DNA of 64,000 nucleotides from Meyerozyma guilliermondii (taxonomy: Eukaryota): NCBI GenBank assembly GCA_051546255.1, contig CP128818.1, positions 620,001 through 684,000 of the forward strand. Direction: 5' to 3'. Positions 1 through 10,275 of this stretch are shown in pieces; the stretch's first letter is position 1, and each line of letters opens with the position of its first letter. The notes below the pieces were generated by a model, which was given only the letters and a program-made list of their open reading frames with translations, did not search any database and was not told where the DNA came from. The position numbers and the translations under genes were made by a program.

Positions 1-213
1 AGTCTTCAACCGTGGATGGAACAGGTCCGTCACGTCCGAAGACATGATAGGGTTGTTTGTAGAGAATGGACGCACATTCTGGTCGGTTCCAGAGAAGAAG
101 TAGTTGTATACCGACAGAATCATAGGTATAGATCCCCTGGTAGATTTATTTGACACTAAACTTGTATTCGATGATGTCGTAAATGAGTACCTACCAGATA
201 AAGTTCTGAACAT
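1..213 (-). CDS. 5' part of a gene running off the left edge; probable mitochondrial protein (possibly PGS1-like, tentative)
   Basis: Not in the ORF track. ATG at 213 opens 71 stop-free codons to base 1 (MFRTLSGRYSFTTSS...FHPRLKT). The N-terminus is Ser/Thr/Arg-rich and acid-poor like a presequence. Identity is only a weak recollection. Confidence 0.55.
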   Translation of the reverse strand, partial: MFRTLSGRYSFTTSSNTSLVSNKSTRGSIPMILSVYNYFFSGTDQNVRPFSTNNPIMSSDVTDLFHPRLKT

Positions 214-623
214 TCATGCAAAGCCACCGGATGATATAAGTGTTTTGTGTCGTTTTCTAAAGTGGGGAAGCCTAGTTGTGGTAACGCAGTTTGATGCGCT
301 CGTGCGAGAACAAACTTCCTACTATAGATAAGCTTAAACGAGCGTTGACTTTTGTGATGTGAAATACCCCTGAAGATTCTGAGAAATACGCTGTAAAACT
401 TATGTAATTCATCTCACCTAGGATGAATTGGCGCAGCGCGGCTCTTGCCATGCATGATAGCGCCGCTGACAGCTGTGTCATAAAGAAGGATGGGAAATCT
501 TTGTAGGACTTGTTCTGTATTGTGATCACAACATTGTTTGACACATGGGCAATAGTTCCAATTATATACAATGTGTTGTTGAACTTATTGTTTCATTCGT
601 CTTATTGTCTTCACTGGAGCAAC

Positions 624-1826
624 TCACCTATTATTTCCTTTTGCAGCTTTGATTAACAAAACATCGCCGTCTTCAACCACATAGGATTTTCCGACGCGTA
701 GTTGTTTGCCACTGGCTTTCAACTTGCTTTCATTTAACGGAGCCTCCTCGAGTCTAAGGTCGTCATACTTGTACACTTGGGCCGTTATAAATGTAGTCTT
801 CAAGTCCGTGTGTATGACTCCAGCAGCGTCGGGTATTATTGTGTTTTTCCGTACAGTCCATTGCCTAACTTCCTTGGGGCCACATGTATAGAACGAAATG
901 AGATTAAGCGACTCTCGCATAGCCTGAACTACTGCGCCAAGGCTGCTTGATTCTTCGCTTTCTTCACCTCTGGCTATCTTGGATTCGAAACTGGCTGAAA
1001 ATACCAATAGCTTGTCTTTGGGACAGGTCTCGCGGATCCATTTTTCGATCCCTGGCTGGAATTCGTTGGTTCCAGATCTCAAGTCATTTTCGCTGACATT
1101 GAGCAAATACACCATCGGTTTCGCCGTGAGGAGATTGACCGAGTTCAAGACTTCAATTTCCTCATCACTCCAATTCTCGACGGAAATCTTCTTCGCATTG
1201 TATAACAAATCCTGCGCTTTTAGTAAAGTATCAAGTGCAAATTGCACCTTCGAAACATTGCTGTGTGGTTTCTTTAATAGTTTTTCTGTCTGCTCTATTG
1301 CACTCTCCAAGTACTCCAAATCCTTAAGAATGAGCTCATCATTGACAATCTCAATGTCCCTCAATGGGTCAACCTTATTTTCCTCGATGTGAATGATCTC
1401 GTCGTCTATGAACCCTCGAACCATATGAAATATTCCATCCACCAGCCTTATCTCGCTCAAGAATTTATTACCCATACCTTTTCCACTTGATGCATCTCGC
1501 GTCAAACCCGCTATATCATAGATGGTTAATGTCGAGGAAATTTTTTTTTGAGACTGAAACAATTGCAAGTAGTGGTCCAATATAGGAGATTTCACCACTA
1601 CTTGAGATTCTTCGGTATCAATTGTAGCAAACGGGTAATTTGCCGGATTTCCAAGCAGTGTTCGAGTTATGGCTTGAAAGAATGTACTCTTACCTACATT
1701 TGCTAGCCCCACTACCCCGGCAGTAAGTTTATTACTTTGCCTCCCCAAGAGTGCCTTCTTGGCCAGTTCGCTGGCCTTCTTCGCAAGTATTCTACTACTG
1801 GATGAAAATGGCCTAAACGAATTCAT
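624..1826 (-). CDS. YLF2: Obg/YchF-family P-loop ATPase/GTPase, mitochondrial type
   Basis: GVVGLANVGKST P-loop, ANYPFATI, DIAGL, GMGNKFL, C-terminal TGS-like YVVEDGDV; basic Ser-rich presequence. Confidence 0.88.
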   Translation of the reverse strand: MNSFRPFSSSSRILAKKASELAKKALLGRQSNKLTAGVVGLANVGKSTFFQAITRTLLGNPANYPFATIDTEESQVVVKSPILDHYLQLFQSQKKISSTLTIYDIAGLTRDASSGKGMGNKFLSEIRLVDGIFHMVRGFIDDEIIHIEENKVDPLRDIEIVNDELILKDLEYLESAIEQTEKLLKKPHSNVSKVQFALDTLLKAQDLLYNAKKISVENWSDEEIEVLNSVNLLTAKPMVYLLNVSENDLRSGTNEFQPGIEKWIRETCPKDKLLVFSASFESKIARGEESEESSSLGAVVQAMRESLNLISFYTCGPKEVRQWTVRKNTIIPDAAGVIHTDLKTTFITAQVYKYDDLRLEEAPLNESKLKASGKQLRVGKSYVVEDGDVLLIKAAKGNNR

Positions 1827-1991
1827 TTACCGGTGAAATCAAAGTGGAAATTTTCGCAACTGCAGCACTGCATCAGAATCATGAATAGAACTACTGTAAC
1901 GGTGAAATTATTAGTTTATTCATAGGTGTGCTATTTAACTGAATTATTATTTTACTCATAAGTGTACTATTTGTGAGCTTTTATTGACACT

Positions 1992-3734
1992 TTATAAAAC
2001 GAAAGCGTATTTTGATTTCTCTCTGATTGCCTTACCATACCTGTAAAACAAGAAAGGAACAGGAATCAAGACGAGGGAGAAACAACCCAACAAGGTTGCA
2101 GCCCATTTGATTTGCATGTTAACAAACATTTGACGGGCAAAAAGTGGGAAGGCTGCTCCAAATGCTGAACGAAGGAATGCATTTCCAGCAAGTGCCGATG
2201 CCGCAAACAAAAGGTAACAATCAATGATGTAATTAAGACATGGCAAGAAGATCATGATCAAACCACATCCGATAAAGGAAGCACCTATAGTAGGTACTAT
2301 CCAGTGGACTCTATCAGCGTAGTCACCAGCCCATCCGAGCCAGAACAAGCCACCGGCGAAGAAAAATGATCCAACCATCATAGGAGGAAGTCTCTCTTCT
2401 GGGATGGGCCTGTTGTTGTTGGCCTTCATGATTCTGGCGAAACGTCTTTCGAAGAAGATTGCAATAAAACCTCCGACAAAAACTCCAATCAACATCGATA
2501 AATATGGCAACTCACCGACACCTTGTATGAAATGATACTTTCCGATGAAAATTAAGGGTATAGCTGTCAACATAAGGTACAAAATACCATAGATGAAAGC
2601 ATTATAAAGTGTGATCAAGAACAAGATTGGTTCTGTGAACAACATCACCAATGGTCTGCTGATATTTTTCTCCACAATTTCCTTGATACTTAAGCTGAAT
2701 TCTTCATGAGGAGCATGAATACCCCAATTACCTGTACGACGTCTCAAGACTTCTGCTTTTCTCACCAAAATCAAAGGATGATGAGACTCTTCCATGAAGA
2801 ACACCACGCAAAATAATCCCAATGCGGCGATTAACCCTGTGAAATATGATGTCCATCTCCAGCCCAATCCGGGGTTCTTGACTATGAAACCTCCAAGAAT
2901 TGGGGCTAACATGGGGCCACCGAACAAAACCATGGCGAAAATTGTCATTGCTTCACCTCTTGTAGCAGCTCCGAACATATCAGACATAGCAGCTGGCGCA
3001 ACCACGAGCGGTGCTGCACCGATGAATCCTCCAAAGAATCTACAGATCATGATAGTCTGGATATCCTTGGCGGTTGCAACTGCAAAACAGAAGAGCATAT
3101 AACCAAAGCAGGAACATACCATCACTGGTTTTCTGCCGTATAATTCAGATAAAGGACCCCATATCACAGGTCCAGAAGCAAATCCAAAGACGAACAAAGA
3201 TGTTCCAAGAGTGGCAACAGTATTTCCAACATGATATATTTCCAGTACTACCGGGCCAGCTTCTGCAAACATAGCCGAACCCATGGAGATGGATAACGCA
3301 CAAAGACCGACCGTGCCGGAAATCATCACTTTCTTCCATACCGGCCAATTCTGGGGGAATTCTGGGTCATCAGGTCCCTCATAAGATACAGCATATGGTG
3401 AACGATCTGCCAATGGAGGGGGGTAATCTCTTCCGCCTCCCATCGTTGGCAATGGTTCTGATGATTTTGCGGCTTCCTCTAATAATTGATCTCCTCCCGT
3501 CATTCTTCTGCTGACCGTACGAGAAGCAGTCGCGTCGGTTTCGTATCTAGCCATTTCGTATTCACTTTCACCACTTCTTTCGAGGTCCTGGCCTACAAAG
3601 TCTTTTGGAATATTGCCATCGCTCTCATTATCGTCTATATGCTCCTTAGGGTATCCACTACCTTCATGGTAAGTGCTGGAATTCGTGTCCGAGTCGATCC
3701 TCTGTGGAGAATCCTTCCCTATTACTTCTGACAT
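1992..3734 (-). CDS. FLU1: MFS DHA1 drug/polyamine:H+ antiporter (FLU1/TPO1 type)
   Basis: GPDDPEFPQNW, WGPLSELYGRK, RRRTGNWGIHAPHEE, PEERL motifs, about 12 TM segments; first ATG at 3734 (track start is TTG). Confidence 0.85.
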   Translation of the reverse strand: MSEVIGKDSPQRIDSDTNSSTYHEGSGYPKEHIDDNESDGNIPKDFVGQDLERSGESEYEMARYETDATASRTVSRRMTGGDQLLEEAAKSSEPLPTMGGGRDYPPPLADRSPYAVSYEGPDDPEFPQNWPVWKKVMISGTVGLCALSISMGSAMFAEAGPVVLEIYHVGNTVATLGTSLFVFGFASGPVIWGPLSELYGRKPVMVCSCFGYMLFCFAVATAKDIQTIMICRFFGGFIGAAPLVVAPAAMSDMFGAATRGEAMTIFAMVLFGGPMLAPILGGFIVKNPGLGWRWTSYFTGLIAALGLFCVVFFMEESHHPLILVRKAEVLRRRTGNWGIHAPHEEFSLSIKEIVEKNISRPLVMLFTEPILFLITLYNAFIYGILYLMLTAIPLIFIGKYHFIQGVGELPYLSMLIGVFVGGFIAIFFERRFARIMKANNNRPIPEERLPPMMVGSFFFAGGLFWLGWAGDYADRVHWIVPTIGASFIGCGLIMIFLPCLNYIIDCYLLFAASALAGNAFLRSAFGAAFPLFARQMFVNMQIKWAATLLGCFSLVLIPVPFLFYRYGKAIREKSKYAFVL

Positions 3735-4847
3735 ATGCAATGGGTATTAAAGACAGTTTGGCTTCAAAGTAAAATTTATGAAGTAAGGATTGCAAGTGGG
3801 AGCAACCAATTTGTACTTATAGTAATGGCCCCGCGCTGAATAATAAATTTCCTTTTTTTTTTTTTCTTGTTATTAGAATGTCATATGCGGAAAAAATAGT
3901 AGCCGCAGCCGCAAGGGCAGCCGATGCCCTGCCGACCTTCGGCCGAAGGAGATGAGTGTTGCACCTAGCACAATATGCGTACGGCTGAATAAGGGTCGCC
4001 AAGAAGAATTGACAGCACACTTGGCTACTAACCGATAATCCATAACTACAAGCTATAAGTCGTTGATCGTAGTATTTTCATTACGCGATAATCAAAATAA
4101 GCCACCAAGATCTCACACCCAGAAGAGAAGTCCGTCATCAATGAGTTGATTGTTTTCATCGCTTGCATGTTGTATATTATACAAAAACGGGGTATTTTAC
4201 ATCGGCTGTTTTATCGTTTATTGCATTCGCCAATTCATGCAGCTGATTGAAATTTTAATTTTAGTACGTTCACGAAGACTAAGATATCAAATTACGTCTT
4301 TGCCCTACTTTGCCTTCGTGTATACTAGCAAATGATGGTGATAGGATACGTTTTCAATGGTGTCAAAACTTGATAGGAGACTAAGTTTAATATAAAGCCA
4401 CTACACATTCCGAGGCATTCCTACATGGTTAACTACATGAATTTGAATTTAGCTGCAAGGATTAACAAATCGATCTGCAACTTGCTCCGGAAAGTCCGTC
4501 AAAATTAAGAGCCGAATCTCCGAACGTACTGCATGGTGTGCGGGATCCTGTAATAATTAGGCCGTACGGCTGTAATACCGACTTAACCGATTTTGTGTTC
4601 GGTTGCGATTAGACGTATCTCCGTCTCGTTTAACGGTTCCTTCGGAACAAGATTCAGCATTGGGGCTATGCTCTTTCCACTTGGAGACTAAAAGGTCAAT
4701 TCAACTATTTTAGTATAGCAGGTCACTTTTGTTGACCCAGATTACACCTAACCAGAAGATTTCTTATATATGCAAAATTTCAAAATATCCCAAAATAGAA
4801 ACACAGATCATCGTATATAAACAACCGGAGTGTTCTTTAATCAATAA

Positions 4848-4919
4848 TCCGAGATAGTTTAGTGGCTAGAATTACCGCTTGTCGCGTGGTAGACCGGGGT
4901 TCAATTCCCCGTCTCGGAG
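4848..4919 (+). tRNA. tRNA-Asp(GTC)
   Basis: Acceptor TCCGAGA/TCTCGGA, anticodon arm ACCGC-TTGTCGC-GTGGT, B box GGTTCAATTCC; TATATAAA at 4814-4821 upstream. Confidence 0.97.
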
Positions 4920-4927
4920 CATTTAAC

Positions 4928-4998
4928 GCGCAAATGGTTTAGTGGTAAAATCCATCGTTGCCATCGATGGGCCCCCGGTTCGATTCCGGGTTTGCGCA
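4928..4998 (+). tRNA. tRNA-Gly(GCC)
   Basis: Acceptor GCGCAAA/TTTGCGC, anticodon arm CATCG-TTGCCAT-CGATG, B box GGTTCGATTCC. Confidence 0.97.
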
Positions 4999-5005
4999 TT
5001 TTTTT
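4999..5005 (+). terminator. RNA polymerase III oligo-dT terminator
   Basis: T7 run immediately after tRNA-Gly; none after tRNA-Asp. Confidence 0.85.
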
Positions 5006-5191
5006 GGACTCTTCTATGCCTGGATTCGATCTAACAACAGCATAACTACCATGCAGCTCATCTCCCTGAGTTATTTCTCTTTAAGATGCAGTGAAATGCC
5101 ATGATCGTACCGTTCTCAAATTTACGCAGATATAGTATATGCAGTACTTCGAATCCTCGCATTTTTTTCGAAAACCACGATACTCTCAGTG

Positions 5192-6319
5192 ATGAATCTT
5201 GCTGGCTTCAGAGTTGCAGTTAGGTCCGCTGGAGGCATACTAGGTGTTAGAACACCCGGCCAAGGACCATTAATTTTCACACAAGTGAGAACTGCAACCA
5301 AACGTGTATCAGGTTCTAAAACTAACAAGAATGACTCCGCTGGTCGTAGGTTGGGACCGAAAGCATACGAAGGACATTTTGTCAAGCCAGGGCAGATCAT
5401 AATGAGGCAAAGAGGTACCAAGATTCACCCAGGCGAAAATGTCGATATAGGAAAGGATCACACAATTTTTGCGAAGGAGCCTGGTTATGTCAAATTTTAT
5501 CACGATCCATTTCATCCTTTAAGAAAATATGTTGGTGTATCTTTGAAAAAAGAGTTACCTTTGCCCACGCCTCATTTTTCGCCTAGAGTGAGAAGATTTG
5601 GATACGTGGAGCTATTAGATCCACAAGAAGCTGCAAAAGAGGAATCGCATATGTCCAGGAAAGAATTTCTCCAGCAGGACGAACTTGCCAGCTTAAAAGC
5701 AGCGAAAGAGAGACGACTTGAAGAAGAAAGCAAGAAAATCGAACAGGCATTACGCTCCTTGGTTGAGTTGAATGAGGATGAGATGGTAATGGCCAAAGAG
5801 AGAATGCTCAACGTCGCTCAGCTTGTTACTGCTAGCAAAGTCAAATCGTTGGATGCAGAAGCACATACAACATTTGACTACAATTACAGCATAGATCTTG
5901 CGATCAGAAGAGGTGACATTTCTGAAGAAGAGGCAGATGACAAGAGAAGCCTCTATGCGACGTTAGTAGAGAAATTGTCCGGTAATGTCATCGTCGATGC
6001 TAAAGGTAACGTTTGCAAGGCCTTGAATGCCGAAGAAAGAGCCAGAAGACAAGAGTCAATACTTAACGAGCTTAAGGACAAATATTCGGGAGTCGCTCTT
6101 TCCCCTGAAGTGAGAAAGCAAATAGCGAGCTTGATAGAGTCAGAGGCGGTGTTCGATGCGCAAAAGCAAGAAGAATTGAGGAAGCAGTTCTTGCCCGAAT
6201 CGAGACCAATATGGACCTTGGATAGTATTGTTGAGATTTCAGAAGACCAAAAACCGAAGAACGCTACAAGAGTGTACGATGAAGCTGCCAAAAAAGTAAA
6301 GCTTTTCACTACTGCTTAA
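5192..6319 (+). CDS. MRP7: Mitochondrial ribosomal protein bL27m
   Basis: [23 protein letters not shown]...[19 protein letters not shown]27 signature after a presequence; ATG at 5192. Confidence 0.93.
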   Translation: MNLAGFRVAVRSAGGILGVRTPGQGPLIFTQVRTATKRVSGSKTNKNDSAGRRLGPKAYEGHFVKPGQIIMRQRGTKIHPGENVDIGKDHTIFAKEPGYVKFYHDPFHPLRKYVGVSLKKELPLPTPHFSPRVRRFGYVELLDPQEAAKEESHMSRKEFLQQDELASLKAAKERRLEEESKKIEQALRSLVELNEDEMVMAKERMLNVAQLVTASKVKSLDAEAHTTFDYNYSIDLAIRRGDISEEEADDKRSLYATLVEKLSGNVIVDAKGNVCKALNAEERARRQESILNELKDKYSGVALSPEVRKQIASLIESEAVFDAQKQEELRKQFLPESRPIWTLDSIVEISEDQKPKNATRVYDEAAKKVKLFTTA

Positions 6320-6396
6320 AACAAATAGACCTGTATATAAAACATTTCGTTGAAGTGAAAATTGCACGACACGTCGTATGTACAAACAACTATAGA

Positions 6397-6969
6397 ATGG
6401 CAATTGAAATTCCCACCAGCGTACTGGAGAGTCCAGTATACATTCAAGTCCAGAAATTCAGGGTCACATACCAGGAGTATTTGGATAAGTCTGTCCCTCT
6501 TACATCTCGTAGATGGATGGGATTTGGTATCCTACTTGCTCTCTTCTTCTTGAGAATTATAGTGACACAAGGTTGGTACATTGTTTGCTACGCGCTTGGT
6601 ATTTATCTTCTTAACCTATTCTTGGCTTTCCTCACCCCCAAGTTTGACCCGTCCCTTGAACAGGAGATGAAAAATGAATCGATAGAAGAGGGAATGGGCG
6701 AGAATCCTGAACAGGACGAGGAAGAAGAATTTAGACCCTTTATCAGGCGATTGCCCGAGTTTAAATTCTGGTATAATGCAACTAGAGCAACAGTGGTGGC
6801 ATTGCTTACCTCTTTTTTCACAATCTTCGATATTCCCGTTTTCTGGCCCATATTATTGATGTATTTCATTATCCTTTTCACATTAACAATGAGGAAGCAG
6901 ATACAACATATGTTGAAGTATAAATACTTACCCTTCGACTTTGGTAAGGCTAAGTACAACAGAAGCTAG
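6397..6969 (+). CDS. RER1: ER retrieval receptor Rer1
   Basis: GWYIVCYALGIYLLNLFLAFLTPKFDPSL and EEFRPFIRRLPEFKFW; first ATG at 6397. Confidence 0.95.
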   Translation: MAIEIPTSVLESPVYIQVQKFRVTYQEYLDKSVPLTSRRWMGFGILLALFFLRIIVTQGWYIVCYALGIYLLNLFLAFLTPKFDPSLEQEMKNESIEEGMGENPEQDEEEEFRPFIRRLPEFKFWYNATRATVVALLTSFFTIFDIPVFWPILLMYFIILFTLTMRKQIQHMLKYKYLPFDFGKAKYNRS

Positions 6970-7067
6970 GCCGAGGATTATTTAGGCTACATACACTAAC
7001 AACTTCTTCTATTGTACTAGCTTATGCATTTTAACTTGAACACTGCCGCAATGTTAGTGCAAATTGT

Positions 7068-7076
7068 TCACGTGAC
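7068..7076. promoter_or_regulatory. Cbf1-type E-box (TCACGTGAC) upstream of SLA2
   Basis: Consensus match about 70 bp upstream of ATG 7147. Confidence 0.5.
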
Positions 7077-7146
7077 CCAGTACACCTCCACCCCTTTCGA
7101 TACCGACTTCTCCAGCATTACCTCACAATATACTCGATCAATTAAA

Positions 7147-10100
7147 ATGAGTAGAGCGGAAGTCGACTTACAGACAAGTGTCAAAAAAGCTTGTAGTCTC
7201 GACGAGGTTCCACCTAAGCGAAAGCATGTTCGAGCTTGTATCGTGTACACTTGGGACCATAAGAATTCTCGTGCGTTTTGGAATGCTGTCAAGATTCAGC
7301 CATTGCAAAGTGACGAAGTTCAGCTTTTCAAGGCGTTGATCATGATCCATAAAGTCTTACAAGAGGGCCATCCCAACACTTTGAAAGATGCTTTTCGAAA
7401 TCGTGATTTTCTCTCTTCCTTGGCAACTGTTTTTCCCAGCCGGGGTACCGCCTACGGACGATTGATTAACCAATACGATAAGTTCTTACTTCAAAAATTG
7501 GATTTTCATCGCAATAATCCCGGCTTCAATGGTATGTTTGAATATGAAGAGTACATTTCATTAAGAGCAGTGAACGACCCGAACGAAGGCTATGAATCAG
7601 TTTTACAATTGATGGATCTCCAAGATCTGATCAATGATCTACAAAAATTGATCTTCGCCACAATTCACCAAACACCAAATAATCTTTGCAAGGTAAGTGC
7701 TTTGGTTCCTTTGATTGCTGAGTCGTACGGAATCTACAAATTTTGTACCTCTATGTTGAGGGCTTTACATCTGCAATTAGGCGCAGACGAAGCCTTGACT
7801 GTTCTTTACGAAAGATTTGACTCGCAGCATTTTATGTTGCGAGACTTTTACACGGACTGTCATGCGATAAAATTTCTCACGAGTCTTATTACTATTCCAC
7901 GTTTGTCGAGCGATCCTCCAGATTTAGTTGGAATTGACGAAAATGGAAATAGAACAAATGACAGGTCACAAGCGAACACACCAGCTGAATTGTCCTCTCA
8001 ACCAACTGCCAGTATTGAAGTTCCCCGCGGACCACCTCCTCCAGTGGATCTGATTTTCTTGCAACAGACTGGCATATTTGACCAGCAACAAGAAGAGCAA
8101 CAGAGAATTCAGCAGGAATTGGAACTAAAGAGGCAACAGCAGCTCCAAGCGCAATTACAGCAACAACAACTCTTCGATCAGCAACAGCAAGATCAGCAAC
8201 GCAGATTTATGGAGGAGCAGCAATATTTGCAACAGCAACAGACCCAACAGCAGCAATCCCGTGTTGCGGAACTCGAACATGACCTTTTGATGTTCAAGAA
8301 CCAGTATGATAACGACCAGCTGTTGTTGGCCCAATATGATAACAGGGTCAAATCTTTGGAATCGGAAATGACCAATTTGAACAACAATGCCACTCAACAA
8401 TTGGCTTCAAAAGATGAGTTGAATAACAACTTACAGGAGCAAATTAACAATTGGACCAAAAAATACGAGTCACTTGCAAAACTATACTCGCAATTGCGCC
8501 AGGAGCATTTGAATTTGTTATCCAAGTTTAAGAAGATTCAGCAAAAGATCAATAGCGCACAGGAATCTATTCTCAAGAAGGAGAAGCTAGAGAAAGATAT
8601 CAAATCAAAAAATGTTGAGTTAGCTGATTTAATTCGTGAACGGGATAGAGCCAGACTTGATTTAGACAGATTAAGGTCTTCTAAAGATATGGAGATTGAA
8701 AAGCTCAGCTCAGAATTGCACCTTCTCAAAGAAGAAGCAAATCAATCTGGTAAAGTACAGTCAATGAATATGACTACCCTTATTTCGAGACACGAGAAGG
8801 AATTAGAGGAAATGAAACAAAAATTGGCTGATAGAGAGAAAAAGTTGAATGCACTTGGTGATAGCGACTTGAATGAAAAGTTGAAGGACAAGGAAATGGA
8901 ACTTGAAATCACTCAAGAATCCTTGGAGACAGCTTTAAAAGAACTTGCAATAAGTAAGAATGATCAGGACGATGTGATGAATGCTCAGATCGATCAAATC
9001 ATACTCGAGAATATTGACAAACTTCGGCGTTTGATTGATATATTCCTTAACAATAACATCAAGCGCATTCAAGAAAGCAAGCACGAGCTTAGTTCCCAAA
9101 TGCAGGCAGGAAACCAGAGTGCTACCCCGGAGTATTTGCTCTCTATTATCGAACTCTGTTCTGACACTGCGACCGACTTTGCATCTGCTTTCAATGGCTT
9201 TCTTGTGGATGGTAAAGCTAGCTATGGTGATGATGATTCTGGGTATTCAGCGATCGTTCTGACAAGTTCAGAATTGACTTCTGCTGTCAATGATTTGGTT
9301 ATTAATGCAAAAGGTCTTTCCCGCCTAATGCAAAATGAAGAAACATTGCTTGTGTTGGTGTCTAAAGTCTTGAATAGTACCGAACTGTACTTCAGTGGCT
9401 TAAAGTCCGAAGTTCTAGGCAAGTTGGCTGACGAAGATGACAAAGTTGATAAGGTAATTGACAGCAATTTACAAGTTCAACAGGATTTACAAGAGGTTGG
9501 AAGCCTCGTGGAATCATTGAGATCGAAGAATGGCGTTAGTCTCAAACTGCTGAACTTGGATGCGATGGTTGAGGATGAAATGGAGCGGGCTGCAAACACC
9601 GTCAATTCTGCTTCACAATTTTTAACCAATCTTTTACAAAATCCGAATATCAAGGGAGTCGATGTTGAAGTGCACGAAGCGATACTTTCTGCAGCTATGG
9701 CAGTAACCAAGGCTGTCTCTATCTTGATTACGGCTGCAACTGAATCACAAAGAGAAATCGTTAGTAAGGGAAGGGGCAATCAAACTCGCACTGAGTATTA
9801 CAAGAAAAACAACAGGTGGACGGAAGGTCTTATTAGTGCCTCAAAGGCAGTAGCAGGTGCCACAAATGTGTTGATTCAAACAGCTGATGGTGTTATTAGA
9901 GATGACTGTCAGCAAGAGCAATTGATTGTGGCTTCAAACGAAGTGGCAGCATCTACAGCCCAACTCGTCGCTGCATCTCGAGTCAAGGCAAACTTTGTCT
10001 CCAAAACTCAGGACAATTTGGAGACCGCATCAGGCAGTGTCTCGAGAGCCTGTAAAGAATTGGTTGGTCAAGTTCAAAGGTATTTAACTCGGGCTGACGA

Positions 10101-10275
10101 AACTCAAAACGACGTTGATTTGAGCAAGTTGACACCGTACGAAGGGAAAACATTAGAGATGGAGCAGCAGGTACAAATTCTTAAACTTGAGAACACGCTT
10201 GCGTCAGCGAGAAAGCGTTTGGGTGAGATCAGAAAGCATGGTTACGCGGATGACCTCAGTGATAATGAATCCTAA
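7147..10275 (+). CDS. SLA2: Endocytic adaptor Sla2/End4 (ANTH, Q-rich, coiled coil, I/LWEQ domain)
   Basis: KACSLDEVPPKRKHVRACIVYTWDH ANTH; YYKKNNRWTEGLISASKAVA talin-like domain; homologous start MSRAE at 7147. Confidence 0.96.
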   Translation: MSRAEVDLQTSVKKACSLDEVPPKRKHVRACIVYTWDHKNSRAFWNAVKIQPLQSDEVQLFKALIMIHKVLQEGHPNTLKDAFRNRDFLSSLATVFPSRGTAYGRLINQYDKFLLQKLDFHRNNPGFNGMFEYEEYISLRAVNDPNEGYESVLQLMDLQDLINDLQKLIFATIHQTPNNLCKVSALVPLIAESYGIYKFCTSMLRALHLQLGADEALTVLYERFDSQHFMLRDFYTDCHAIKFLTSLITIPRLSSDPPDLVGIDENGNRTNDRSQANTPAELSSQPTASIEVPRGPPPPVDLIFLQQTGIFDQQQEEQQRIQQELELKRQQQLQAQLQQQQLFDQQQQDQQRRFMEEQQYLQQQQTQQQQSRVAELEHDLLMFKNQYDNDQLLLAQYDNRVKSLESEMTNLNNNATQQLASKDELNNNLQEQINNWTKKYESLAKLYSQLRQEHLNLLSKFKKIQQKINSAQESILKKEKLEKDIKSKNVELADLIRERDRARLDLDRLRSSKDMEIEKLSSELHLLKEEANQSGKVQSMNMTTLISRHEKELEEMKQKLADREKKLNALGDSDLNEKLKDKEMELEITQESLETALKELAISKNDQDDVMNAQIDQIILENIDKLRRLIDIFLNNNIKRIQESKHELSSQMQAGNQSATPEYLLSIIELCSDTATDFASAFNGFLVDGKASYGDDDSGYSAIVLTSSELTSAVNDLVINAKGLSRLMQNEETLLVLVSKVLNSTELYFSGLKSEVLGKLADEDDKVDKVIDSNLQVQQDLQEVGSLVESLRSKNGVSLKLLNLDAMVEDEMERAANTVNSASQFLTNLLQNPNIKGVDVEVHEAILSAAMAVTKAVSILITAATESQREIVSKGRGNQTRTEYYKKNNRWTEGLISASKAVAGATNVLIQTADGVIRDDCQQEQLIVASNEVAASTAQLVAASRVKANFVSKTQDNLETASGSVSRACKELVGQVQRYLTRADETQNDVDLSKLTPYEGKTLEMEQQVQILKLENTLASARKRLGEIRKHGYADDLSDNES

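Noticed and set aside
7024..7146. N-terminal extensions in the ORF track (SLA2, also CBF5, RAD3, DES1, SEC62, ATG21, the peroxin, MUM2)
   Set aside because: Homology begins at downstream ATGs; the extensions overlap promoter motifs or neighbouring genes, or use TTG/GTG starts
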